From an uncultured Acidimicrobiia bacterium (lineage in GTDB: Bacteria; Actinomycetota; Acidimicrobiia; Spongiisociales; UBA5794), in contig CAVPHV010000017.1 of the NCBI GenBank assembly GCA_963704825.1, positions 234,994 to 298,993 of the forward strand: a stretch of 64,000 nt of DNA, given 5' to 3'. The notes beneath the pieces were generated by a model, which saw only the letters and a list, made by a program, of their open reading frames with translations, was not told the DNA's origin and did no database searches. How positions within the stretch are numbered: position 1 is the first letter of the stretch; the number at the start of each line of letters is the position of its first letter. This document shows positions 55,801 through 64,000 of the stretch, one piece after another. The position numbers and the translations under genes are program-made.

Positions 55801-57926
55801 CCAAAGAAGGAGAAGGCGAACGGCAGTGGCAGCCGTCCCGTCTGATCGTCGCCGTAGACGGTCGTCGGCGTTGTGGCATCAACCCACTGAAACGGGATTG
55901 GGTAGCAACCATGGCCGAAGTCGTCGATGTGTTGCACGACGAGGAAGTCACGCCTCGCGTCGGCGAAGAGGTCCACTGTTCTGGTGTCGCTCGACAGGCA
56001 GCCTCCTTGCGAGGCTTCGAGCGTGTAGGAGCCGAGGGGCAACGTGAACGAGTAGCGACCACGGCGGTCCGTGGTTGTGGAATCGATCGGGACACCAAGA
56101 ACACGTACGGTGGCGGCGGCAACCGCGCGGTTGTTCTCGGCCCGGCGCACGGTGCCGGTGAGCCGGAACGTCGGCAGAGGCGTCAGCTCGAGGTTCTGTA
56201 CCGTGGTCTGGTCGGTCTCGATGATGACACCTGAGGCCGCGGCCGTTTCAAAGCCGAAGGAAGACGCCGTCACGACGTATTCACCGGCACCCAGGAAGAG
56301 GGTGAACGACCCGTCGGTTCCTGTGTAGCTGGTGAATGGCCGGGTCCCGTTGTTGGCGTTCACCGTTGCACCCGGGATCGGGGTGCCCGTGCCGGCGCGT
56401 TTGATCGTTCCGGTCAATGTCCCACCGGTGGCCACGAGTTGAACCGCAGCGAAAGCATCGATGCGGCCTTCGCCATAAACGTTGTTGGGGTCGCCGTCTT
56501 CGGCGCCACCGCAGGTGAGGTCGAGGATGTCGAGCGCAGTCGAGGCGAGGCTGGTCGTCGATCCGGCGACGTCTCCGATCAGCTCCGGAGCAGCCGACAG
56601 GACGAGGGCCAGGGTGCCGGCCGCATGTGGTGCCGCCATGGAGGTGCCGGAGAATACGGCGTAGCCGCCACCGGGGACCGAGGACGTGATGTCGACGCCC
56701 GGCGCGGCAACGTCGGGGTTCACTTTGCCAAAGGCCGAAGGCCCGCGGCCGGAGAAGTCCGCGATGACGTCATTGAGGTCGGTGGCGCCTACCGAGAACG
56801 ACTCCTGGTAGTCACCTGGCGAGCCACCGTCGCCGCAGAACGGCCCGGGATTGCCGGAAGAGAAGACGGGGATGATTCCGGCTGCCCTCCAGTTCTGCAC
56901 CGTCTCGAGGTAGAAGGCGTCACCGGGGCCGCTACCCCAGGAGTTGTTGACAATGTCGGGCCGCATGGACGGGTCGGGGTTCTCACCGTTCAGGTCGGTT
57001 GGGGCCAGGATCCACTGGCCGGAGGACAACAGGGCTTGCTCGGAACAGCCGAAGTCCTCGCAACCCTTCGCTGCAATCCATTGCGCACCGGGTGCTACGC
57101 CGATGTCGGGGGTGAACGGTCCGGGACCGTCACCGCCCACCATCGTCCCCATCGTGTGGGTTCCATGCTCCACGTTGTCACAGGGCATCCCTCCGCAAAT
57201 GCCGGTCGGGTCCCACCAGTTGTAGTCGTGGACGTACGAGCCGTCGCCAAGATTGCCCCGATACTGAGCGGCGAGGGCGGGGTGCGTGTAGTCGACGCCC
57301 GTGTCGATGTTGGCCACCACAACGCCGCCACCGAGGACGCCTTCGGCCCACGCCTGGTCGGCTCCGACCTTGGCCACGCCCCACTCCGGATCTCCCGCGG
57401 CGACGGCAATCGCCACGCCGCGCTCCACCGGCCGGATGAGCGGGTAGATGCGCTCCGGTCTGATCTCCTTGACGCCGGGAAGACGTGACAGCGTCTCCAT
57501 CAGTTCGGCATCGCCCTCCACGATCATCACGTTGCGGAACCAGAAGGTCTCGGCCGAGCCGCCCTGGGCGGCGACGATCTTCACCGCCGCGTCTTGGGAG
57601 CGGGCGGCGGTCTTCTGGAGTTCATCGACGACGGCTTGACCTCGGGCGGTGAAGTCCTTGATCGCAGCCGCACTGTCGAGATCAGGACGAGCCTTGAATT
57701 CGACAACGAAACGTGTGGTTTCGGTGACCTCGAGCTGCTCGAGCACCTTGTCGTCGACCGGTGGATCCAGGCCCTCCTGAACCCAGTTGACGGCCGGCGA
57801 CGATGTGGCCGCGATCTCGTGGCGGGTAGTGCTCGACGAGGTCCCTGGCACCGCGGCGAGAGCGGAAACCTGTCCCGCGACCAACACCAACGCAACCAAA
57901 ACCGTGAAGCGCAGGCTCGACCTCAT
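52875..57926 (-). CDS. Large secreted S8 (subtilisin-like) peptidase with carboxypeptidase-regulatory-like, NIDO-like and Ig-like domains
   Basis: 1683 aa; signal peptide; triad 'IDTG', 'HGTHTMGT', 'GTSMAAPH'; repeated 'G.V...D...P..GA.V' modules. Confidence 0.93.
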   Translation of the reverse strand: MRSSLRFTVLVALVLVAGQVSALAAVPGTSSSTTRHEIAATSSPAVNWVQEGLDPPVDDKVLEQLEVTETTRFVVEFKARPDLDSAAAIKDFTARGQAVVDELQKTAARSQDAAVKIVAAQGGSAETFWFRNVMIVEGDAELMETLSRLPGVKEIRPERIYPLIRPVERGVAIAVAAGDPEWGVAKVGADQAWAEGVLGGGVVVANIDTGVDYTHPALAAQYRGNLGDGSYVHDYNWWDPTGICGGMPCDNVEHGTHTMGTMVGGDGPGPFTPDIGVAPGAQWIAAKGCEDFGCSEQALLSSGQWILAPTDLNGENPDPSMRPDIVNNSWGSGPGDAFYLETVQNWRAAGIIPVFSSGNPGPFCGDGGSPGDYQESFSVGATDLNDVIADFSGRGPSAFGKVNPDVAAPGVDITSSVPGGGYAVFSGTSMAAPHAAGTLALVLSAAPELIGDVAGSTTSLASTALDILDLTCGGAEDGDPNNVYGEGRIDAFAAVQLVATGGTLTGTIKRAGTGTPIPGATVNANNGTRPFTSYTGTDGSFTLFLGAGEYVVTASSFGFETAAASGVIIETDQTTVQNLELTPLPTFRLTGTVRRAENNRAVAAATVRVLGVPIDSTTTDRRGRYSFTLPLGSYTLEASQGGCLSSDTRTVDLFADARRDFLVVQHIDDFGHGCYPIPFQWVDATTPTTVYGDDQTGRLPLPFAFSFFGERYEDLFIASNGYLAFEDQFYGYSEFWNSTVPNRDEPNAAVYAAWQDLWVVGDAHIDYGVVKEGRRKVFVVEYSNVPALGSDAGANFEVKLRWDGSIDLIYGAGMENLLSGRNATAGIENSGGTDGLQLAFQEPTLKSNSAWRFSVVPTGHVSGVVTDANDGAPVAGAVVTASPGGRTTTTAEDGSYSLRLVPGRYDVTVEAADYVSSSTRLQIFNRRTTTSSPQLKAARAQVVPSEIVATTELGVSSDATVVITNTGSAPLTWEAKERDDGGTPPNLPPVPTIHITRPITWGSLAVPEGFGPSFAAEPTFLGTLEPVIEDPTGDAIGSVDVTTVSGGADTAEISVMVEFTADTPMEQAGGVVYLDTDQNASTGLPPEAFFGLPTQDIGMEYFVDLFGAADGFGYVIDANTFEFLAEVAVVRVDQAYQFDVPLAVLGFDDGLIDIDTVFGDWNEPTDWAADIGHGTIQPFRDAPWMTQDPQLGIVPPGESATVTVTLGGEGVDPGEYSGTLVFVTNDPRRRNHEVGVELEVALPADFGSAGGVVTNARGGYPVPAELTIHAQRDGGPFDVMGAADDVSGAYQLFVPEGTWPIEASFTGYQTFEGEVTVVAGSAAQLDIAIEPLWPEATLEGGPLVFELPLGGSDSGELNLGNIGGLVDLEFEVLERMGGLDAPALPGASARPEQVPVRTSDIVGSRPTRQTPAIQEDGATVLVFQDALPWDSDALQQVLSNNGIIFDLVGSSSMASIDMSGYEVVFVSNDQPQSFYDQYQANAARFDDYVADGGFLWFGAAGWGWNGGDTDGLQLPDGVTVSGPLIESENVVVQADHPVMSGVPETFSGSEASHATFANTPEGSTIAIGIDSREPTTIEYGVGSGRVLAFGQTLEFAWLFGQDGAVILENSVPYAVAFEPFVDVPWLSVVPDAGTLVPDGTQPLIVNVDATGLAPGTYQAQVVVRTNDPLNRILRTSVTIVVAT

Positions 57927-58124
57927 AGCTCGACCTCCCTCAGTTGCGGCCTGCCGGATGGGCACCGCTCGAGCGGTCCGGAGGACTTTTGTTTGTGGAC
58001 GGACTATCCGGTAGAAGATTATCGGCGGGCGGCTAATGTGTCAACGAGGTTTTGTTCGTGCCATCATGGGCTGCGATGTCCCGCACACAGCCTGAAGCTC
58101 GTCATTTTGGAGACGGTCGAGAAG

Positions 58125-58631
58125 ATGCATGATCACACTGATTCGGTCACGGAAGGATGGCGGCGACTCCACCCCGAGATAGACCTGGACGCGTTTGAGA
58201 CAGGGGTGAGAATCCTCCGGATGGGGCGACTCATCGAGAAGGCCATGGAGTCGGCGGCGACCGAACGTGGTCTTGTCGTGAGCGGAGACTATGAGGTGCT
58301 CGCCGCCCTCCGGCGTGCCCACCCCGAACCACTGCAGCCGGCGGCGCTGGCGGAACGGACGATGATCACGACGTCCGGAACCACGGGTCGGCTGGACCGG
58401 CTCGAGAGCGGAGGATTGATCGAACGCCGCAACAACCCGACGGATCGTAGAGCCACCGACATCTACATCACACCACGAGGTTGTCAGGCTGCCGACGAGG
58501 TCTTCAAGGAGTTCGTCGGCGTGGTAACCGACATGATGAGCTCGCTGCAACCGGTCCAGGTAGACGAGTTGTCTGAGCTCTTGCGTCTTCCCCTGGCCAA
58601 TCTCGGTGACACTCTCCCTTCAGGCGCGTGA
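58125..58631 (+). CDS. MarR family transcriptional regulator
   Basis: 'DYEVLAALRR', 'TTGRLDRLESGGLIERR..P.DRR'. Confidence 0.9.
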   Translation: MHDHTDSVTEGWRRLHPEIDLDAFETGVRILRMGRLIEKAMESAATERGLVVSGDYEVLAALRRAHPEPLQPAALAERTMITTSGTTGRLDRLESGGLIERRNNPTDRRATDIYITPRGCQAADEVFKEFVGVVTDMMSSLQPVQVDELSELLRLPLANLGDTLPSGA

Positions 58632-58650
58632 TCGCAGTCGGAACTGCGCC

Positions 58651-58983
58651 TCAGTGAAGCCAGGCGGCGGCATTCGACAGAACCGATGTGCCCCGCTCCT
58701 TGGTGGCGGCCGTCGGCACGATCCGGTCGCCTCGTCCCCCATCGAAGTCACGATCGTCTCGCCGGCGAACACCGCCCCGGAGAAGCGCACACACTCGGAT
58801 CACACCGAAGCTGGGCAGCACCTTGAGATTGCGGTCGTAGGTGTACTCGAGTTTGGCCGGATCGGTCGCCTTGTCGATACCGGCGCCAATCCCGAGGTGG
58901 TAGAGGATCACGTCGTCGGCGTCCCAGGACGCATGAGCCGCGGGCGCGGTGGCGTTGAGGGCAAGCGCCGGGTCGATCGGCAT
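58651..58983 (-). pseudogene. Internally deleted, frameshifted MaoC/double-hotdog enoyl-CoA hydratase
   Basis: N-terminus 'DVILYHLGIGAG...LEYTYDRNLKVLPSFGVI' joins a shifted frame reading 'RFSGAVFAGETIVTSM', then returns to frame for 'GDRIV..TKERGTSVLSNA'. Confidence 0.75.
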
Positions 58984-59095
58984 ATGGCCTCCTTCTGATC
59001 GCGCTTCTGATCCCAGTGAGCAAGTCCTGTGTAGCCAGCAGGATGGGTCGACCGGTCGGGCCGCTACCGTGCTCGAAGCGACTCAGGAGGGTTCG

Positions 59096-60238
59096 ATGCT
59101 GGCACGCACCATCTTCGGCGAGGAGCACAACCTCTATCGGCAGGCCGCCCGCGAGTTCTTCGCCAACGAGGTTGTTCCCTTTCACGAGGAGTGGGAGAAG
59201 GACGGCGTCGTGCCCCGCGAGCTGTGGGAGAAGGCGGGTGCCCAGGGGCACCTGTGTCATGCCGTACCTGAGGAGTACGGCGGCGCCGGCGTCGCCGATT
59301 TCCGCTTCCCGGCGATCCTGACCGAAGAACAGGCAGAGGTGATCGCCGATGGGCCCGGCTTTGGGGTCCACAGCGACATCGTGGTGCCGTACCTCAGCGC
59401 GCTGGGGACCGAGGAGCAGAAGCAGCGTTGGCTGCCCGGAATGGTGGCCGGGACCACGATCGGTGCCATTGCGATGACCGAGCCGGGCACCGGCAGCGAC
59501 CTCTCCGGGATCAGAACCAAGGCCGTGCTCGACGGTGACCACTACGTCCTCAACGGGGCCAAGACCTTCATCACCAACGGGCAACTCGCCGACCTCGTGA
59601 TCGTGGTCGCCCGCACTTCGGATGATCCGCACCGGGGACTCTCACTGCTGGTGGTCGAGCGCGGGATGGAAGGTTTCGAGCGGGGCCGCAACCTCGACAA
59701 ACTCGGGATGAAAGCCCAGGACACCTCGGAGTTGTTCTTCGACGACGTGCGGGTGCCGGCCGACAACCTGCTCGGCGATGAGGGGGCGGCCTTCTTCTAT
59801 CTCGTCACGAACCTGCCCCAGGAACGGCTCGTGATCGCGGTTGGGGCGGTTGCAGGAGCCCGCAAGGCACTCGAGGTGACGATGGGGTACGTCAAGGAGC
59901 GCACCGCCTTCGGTCGTCCGATCGGGCGATTCCAGAACAGCCGATTCGCCATCGCCGAGATGGCCACCCAGATCCAGATCGCGCAGGTGTTCGTTGACCG
60001 CTGCATCATGGAACTCAACGCCGGAAGCCTCACCGCCGACGTGGCGGCGATGGCAAAGTGGTGGACGACCGAGATGCAGGTGGAGGTCGTCGACCGCTGC
60101 CTGCAACTCCACGGCGGCTACGGCTACATGAGTGAGTACCCGATCTCCAAGATGTACGCAGACGGTCGGGTGCAGACCATCTACGGCGGGACCACCGAGA
60201 TCATGAAGGAACTCATCGGCCGCTCGATGGGCTTCTAG
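59096..60238 (+). CDS. Acyl-CoA dehydrogenase (long-chain type)
   Basis: 'AMTEPGTGSD', 'KTFITNG', 'QERL', 'LQLHGGYGYM', 'IYGGTTEIMK'. Confidence 0.95.
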   Translation: MLARTIFGEEHNLYRQAAREFFANEVVPFHEEWEKDGVVPRELWEKAGAQGHLCHAVPEEYGGAGVADFRFPAILTEEQAEVIADGPGFGVHSDIVVPYLSALGTEEQKQRWLPGMVAGTTIGAIAMTEPGTGSDLSGIRTKAVLDGDHYVLNGAKTFITNGQLADLVIVVARTSDDPHRGLSLLVVERGMEGFERGRNLDKLGMKAQDTSELFFDDVRVPADNLLGDEGAAFFYLVTNLPQERLVIAVGAVAGARKALEVTMGYVKERTAFGRPIGRFQNSRFAIAEMATQIQIAQVFVDRCIMELNAGSLTADVAAMAKWWTTEMQVEVVDRCLQLHGGYGYMSEYPISKMYADGRVQTIYGGTTEIMKELIGRSMGF

Positions 60239-60329
60239 CGCCCCAAACCCTGCCATCCGGCACTGTCGCCTGGATGGGAGAGATCCCACGATGGGAAGCA
60301 ATCGCCCATTCCCGAAGAGAGGAGTCGGA

Positions 60330-60536
60330 ATGGAGAGCGTGTACAAGGTCATCGAGATCGTCGGAACCAGCGAGGAGTCTTGGGAGAAGGCCGCCGCGGC
60401 CGCAGTGAAGAAGGCTGCCGTCTCGGTGCGCGATCTGCGGATCGCCGAGGTCAGCGCCCTCGACTTGCACCTCAACGACGAGGGCATCGCCCTCTACCGC
60501 ACCAAGCTGAAGGTCTCCTTCAAGTACGAGGATTAG
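60330..60536 (+). CDS. Dodecin (flavin-binding)
   Basis: 'VYKVIEIVGTS..SWEKA...AV', 'YRTKLKVSFKYE'. Confidence 0.92.
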   Translation: MESVYKVIEIVGTSEESWEKAAAAAVKKAAVSVRDLRIAEVSALDLHLNDEGIALYRTKLKVSFKYED

Positions 60537-60674
60537 CGAACCGGACCGCGCCGCTCGCGTCGCGTCGCGGCGTCGCACCCTCAGGGACTCTCGACCGTAG
60601 CGGCAGCGCCGCTTGGCCCTGGCAAGTGATCCCTCATTCCCTACGGTGGGAGTCACGAGGCCAAGGAGTCCGCG

Positions 60675-61064
60675 ATGCCATTCACCGAAGAAGAGCGCCA
60701 GTACGTCAGGAGCCAACCGATTGGCCGGATTGCTACGGTCTCTGCGAAGGGCGAACCGGACGTCGCCCCGGTTTCGTTCCGGGTCCACGACGGTTTGATC
60801 TGCATCGGCGGCCTCGATAACGAAGCGACCATCAAGTACCGCAATGTGATGGCGACGGGTCGGGCGGCCTTTGTGGTGGACGATCTGGCCGATTCGGATC
60901 ATTGGGAACCGCGCGGCCTCAAGGTCCGGGGAAGTGCCGACATCATCACCGGCCCCGGTGGCGCCCCGGAGATCCGCATCCACCCTGAAGTGGTGTGGAG
61001 TTGGGGTTTGAATCACGGCGCTGAGACGTACTTCGCCGACGCGGTGGAAAAGCGCAAGGTCTGA
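60675..61064 (+). CDS. PPOX-class (F420-dependent-like) oxidoreductase
   Basis: 'GRIATV...GEPDVAPV.F', 'KYRNV', 'VVDD', 'RGLKVRG'. Confidence 0.88.
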   Translation: MPFTEEERQYVRSQPIGRIATVSAKGEPDVAPVSFRVHDGLICIGGLDNEATIKYRNVMATGRAAFVVDDLADSDHWEPRGLKVRGSADIITGPGGAPEIRIHPEVVWSWGLNHGAETYFADAVEKRKV

Positions 61065-61115
61065 GGCTTCAACTCGTCCCCGAAGGTCACAACCGTCGAG
61101 CAGTGATCGAGACCT

Positions 61116-61802
61116 TCAGCAGACCCCGCCGTCGACGTCGCAGACCAGTCCGGCAGCCGCATCGCCGTATCGGCCTGCCAGCCACCCCGTGAGCGTCGGC
61201 TCGAGCCGTTCGTAGGGCAGGAAGCCTCGGGTGGCGACGGAGAACTGTTCGCCATCACGCACCACCAGCGTGGGGAAGCCGGTTGCGCTCATCGTGCGGG
61301 CGTATTCGAAGTCGGCCCAGGTTTCCTGTTTGATCTCCTCGGATCCGAGCAACTCCAGGAAGCGCTCGGCGTCCACATCGAAGCCTTCGAGCATCGCCGG
61401 ATACACCGCGTGATCGGTGATGTCGACCCGCTCGGCATAGAAGGCGCGTTGCAGTCGGGCAAAGAAGGGGAGCGTTGCCTTCTCGTTGAGATTGCGCATG
61501 GTGACCACGGCGGAGCAAGGCAGTTCGGTGTTGTAGACCCAACCGTCTCGGTCGAGGCCCCCGGTGTCGAAGCGTTGCCCCGACGCTTCCTCGACCTGTT
61601 CCCAATGATGGGCGAGGAACCCGCGCAGGTCATCGTCGAGCGGTTCGGCCGACGGTCCGGGACGGAGGCCACCGACAACGGTCCGCAGCGGGATCGTGTA
61701 GCGGGCGTCGAGCTGGTCGAGGACGGGGGCGAAACCCCAGCACCACGAGCACATCGGGTCGCCGACGTAGATGAGTTCGAGATCTGGTGCCGGTGTGGTC
61801 AT
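61116..61802 (-). CDS. DsbA family protein
   Basis: 'YVGDPMCSWCWGF', 'GGLRPG', 'TGFPTL'. Confidence 0.92.
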   Translation of the reverse strand: MTTPAPDLELIYVGDPMCSWCWGFAPVLDQLDARYTIPLRTVVGGLRPGPSAEPLDDDLRGFLAHHWEQVEEASGQRFDTGGLDRDGWVYNTELPCSAVVTMRNLNEKATLPFFARLQRAFYAERVDITDHAVYPAMLEGFDVDAERFLELLGSEEIKQETWADFEYARTMSATGFPTLVVRDGEQFSVATRGFLPYERLEPTLTGWLAGRYGDAAAGLVCDVDGGVC

Positions 61803-61949
61803 GTGAGGAGTGTACGTTGGCTGGGTGCCCAATCGGAGTGGTTGCCCATGGTGGTGGCCGTCGTTCCGAGCCGCGGGATCCTCGGTTGTGACCCACCTCG
61901 ACAGATATGACTGTGGCCCCCCGGCGGCAGGGCCGATAGGAAATACGCC

Positions 61950-64000
61950 ATGGACGTGATAACGGCTGCGCCGCCTGAGAGCGCCCCTCAGACCAATATG
62001 ACCCGGCCGGCGCAGCGCGCCATGTTGGCGATGTACACAACCACGATCTTCCTCACGTCCGGTCTGCTCTTCCTGGTACAGCCGATGGTCGGCAAGATCC
62101 TTCTCCCCCGGCTCGGCGGGTCCCCGGCGGTGTGGAACACGGCGATGGTGTTCTTCCAACTGACCCTCCTCGTCGGCTACGCGTGGGCACACGTGTCACT
62201 CTCGTTGCTGCGAATCCGTCCTCACGTCATCGTGACAATGGGGCTGTTCGGGCTGACACTTCTCACCCTTCCCGTCGCTCTCCCTCAGGACTGGGTTCCC
62301 ACGTCGTCGCCGGCGCTGTGGGTGCTCTTTGCGCTCCTGGTCCTCGTCGGTGGCCCCTTCCTCGTGCTGGCGTCGATGTCACCGACACTGCAGCGCTGGC
62401 TCTCGCTGAGTCGCCATCCCCACGGTTCCGACCCCTACTTCCTCTATGCCGCCAGCAACGCCGGAAGCCTGTTGGGGTTGCTCGCCTATCCGTTGCTCAT
62501 CGAACCGGCGCTGACCACAGCCGACCAGACCGTGATGTGGTCTTGGATGTATGCAGGAGCGGCCGTGGCAGTGGCGATCTGCGGGGTCGCCGCGATCCGG
62601 TTCCGCCGGCCACCGCAACGCGATGTCGCTACGGAGGTACCCGGAGACAACGGGGGTTTCCGGTGGCGATGGATCGGTCTTGCTGCCGTTCCGGCGGCCC
62701 TGCTGCTGGCCGTCACCCACCACATCACCACGGACGTTGCCGCGGTTCCGCTGCTCTGGGTGATTCCCCTCGCGATCTATCTCGTCACCTTCATCATTGC
62801 GTTTGGCCCGAATCCCCCGTGGCTGCAACGAGGGTCGGCGATGGCACTCAAGCTGTTGGTCGCACCGCTGGCGCTCACGTTCATCGTCGGCGTGCCGCTC
62901 GGCATCGGTCTTGTCGTCAATCTCGGCGTCTTCACGGCGGCAGCGATGTTGATGCACAGCCTGCTTGCGGACTCGCGTCCCGCCGCGGCCGACCTGACCC
63001 GCTACTACCTAGCCGTCTCAGTGGGAGGTGCGATCGGCGGCACGTTGACAGCCCTGGTCGCGCCGACCCTCTTCCCCGTGGTGCTCGAATACCCGGTCGC
63101 CGTCGCTCTGGCCCTGGCCTACATCCCAGTAGCCGTAGCCGGTTTCGGCGGCTCGGCCCGCAGCCGGATCATCGCCCTGGCCGTCTCGGTGATCGGACTT
63201 GTCGCCGTCGTCGCCCTCCTCGGAGACGTCGACGACGACGCCCTCATCGGCATCGTCGTCGGGACCATCCTCATTGCCGTCTACGTCGTCTCCGGCGGCC
63301 CCCGGCAGTATGCGGTCGCAGTCGGCATCGTTCTGGTCGGGTTGACCTTGCTTCCGTTGCGCAGCGCCGTCGTAGCCGACAGGAGCTTCTTCGGCGTCGT
63401 CCGAGCCGAGCGCACCGCAGACCAGACCACGCTGTGGAGCGGCTCCACGGTCCATGGGATCCAACTCAACGACCCCGCATACGCTGGAATCCCGACGTCG
63501 TACTACCACCCATCGGGGCCCCTCGGGGACGTGATGGCCGCGCCGCTCGCCACCTCGCGCCAGATCGCAGTCATCGGCCTCGGGGCGGCGACCATCGTGG
63601 CGTACGGCCACCCGGGGGACCACTTCACGTTCTACGAGATCGATCCGACCATGGCTCGTATTGCCAGGGATCCGGAGTTGTTCACCTTCATCGCCGACAC
63701 CGCGGCTGCGGTCGACATTGCCATCGGTGACGGCCGGCTACTCCTCGAACAAGACGAGAACCGCTACGACATGGTCATCGTCGACGCCTTCTCGTCCGAT
63801 GCGATCCCGGCACACCTCATCACGGCAGAGGCGATGGCACTCTACGTCGAGCACCTCGCTCCTGGTGGGGTGGTGGCGTATCACGTGAGTAACCGCCACC
63901 TCGACCTGACGCCGATCGTTGCCCGGCAAGCGGATGCCCTGGGATTTGCCTCTCTCGTCCGATTCGACCGCAACGTCAGCGCAGCTGAGAGCGCCCAGGG
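61950..64000 (+). CDS. Multi-TM plus spermidine-synthase-like SAM-domain fusion protein, truncated by the window end
   Basis: Absent from the track (no stop in window). 'LLFLVQPMVGKILLPRLGGSPAVWNT', later 'VIGLG', 'YEIDP', 'GDGR', 'VDAFSSDAIP'; start and end are in the same frame. Confidence 0.88.
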   Translation, partial: MDVITAAPPESAPQTNMTRPAQRAMLAMYTTTIFLTSGLLFLVQPMVGKILLPRLGGSPAVWNTAMVFFQLTLLVGYAWAHVSLSLLRIRPHVIVTMGLFGLTLLTLPVALPQDWVPTSSPALWVLFALLVLVGGPFLVLASMSPTLQRWLSLSRHPHGSDPYFLYAASNAGSLLGLLAYPLLIEPALTTADQTVMWSWMYAGAAVAVAICGVAAIRFRRPPQRDVATEVPGDNGGFRWRWIGLAAVPAALLLAVTHHITTDVAAVPLLWVIPLAIYLVTFIIAFGPNPPWLQRGSAMALKLLVAPLALTFIVGVPLGIGLVVNLGVFTAAAMLMHSLLADSRPAAADLTRYYLAVSVGGAIGGTLTALVAPTLFPVVLEYPVAVALALAYIPVAVAGFGGSARSRIIALAVSVIGLVAVVALLGDVDDDALIGIVVGTILIAVYVVSGGPRQYAVAVGIVLVGLTLLPLRSAVVADRSFFGVVRAERTADQTTLWSGSTVHGIQLNDPAYAGIPTSYYHPSGPLGDVMAAPLATSRQIAVIGLGAATIVAYGHPGDHFTFYEIDPTMARIARDPELFTFIADTAAAVDIAIGDGRLLLEQDENRYDMVIVDAFSSDAIPAHLITAEAMALYVEHLAPGGVVAYHVSNRHLDLTPIVARQADALGFASLVRFDRNVSAAESAQ

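Noticed and set aside
284-63929. Many long antisense or alternative-frame ORFs (e.g. 15535-17100, 26268-27551, 40480-42036, 53955-55367)
   Set aside because: Typical high-GC shadow ORFs opposite well-supported genes, with low-complexity composition and no motifs.
1-64000. tRNA (including selC), rRNA, transposase, integrase or prophage genes
   Set aside because: None recognised by eye; a tRNAscan-SE/Infernal run is needed to exclude small RNAs.

Overview
High-GC, gene-dense bacterial DNA, most likely Actinomycetota (Acidimicrobiia-like, inferred from gene content). About 60 CDSs, mostly metabolism, transport and regulation. I saw no rRNA, tRNA, CRISPR array, transposase or phage genes. The main candidate for an undescribed system is at 1055-6476 (minus strand). 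It is a six-gene operon coupled by ATGA overlaps and resembling methylamine-utilisation (mau) genes: MauE-like, a Tat-exported Cys-rich MauA-like protein, MauD-like CxxC, MauF-like, an unknown protein, and a secreted TolB-like/FG-GAP double beta-propeller. No mauB or mauG homolog is in the window. The MauF-like gene has an in-frame UGA (4497-4499) where the family WSPCG motif has Cys, followed by hairpins, so it is a candidate selenoprotein that the ORF track truncates. Other points: a dispersed ~50-bp REP-like hairpin family, a Nur-type box before CbiMNQO, a CstR-like regulator with its operator beside a rhodanese and a cysteine desulfurase-like gene, an ECF sigma coupled to an MGMT-Ada(Zn) fusion, a lipoprotein serpin, an orphan Hpt protein, and two gene remnants. 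All family calls are from motif recognition, not database searches.
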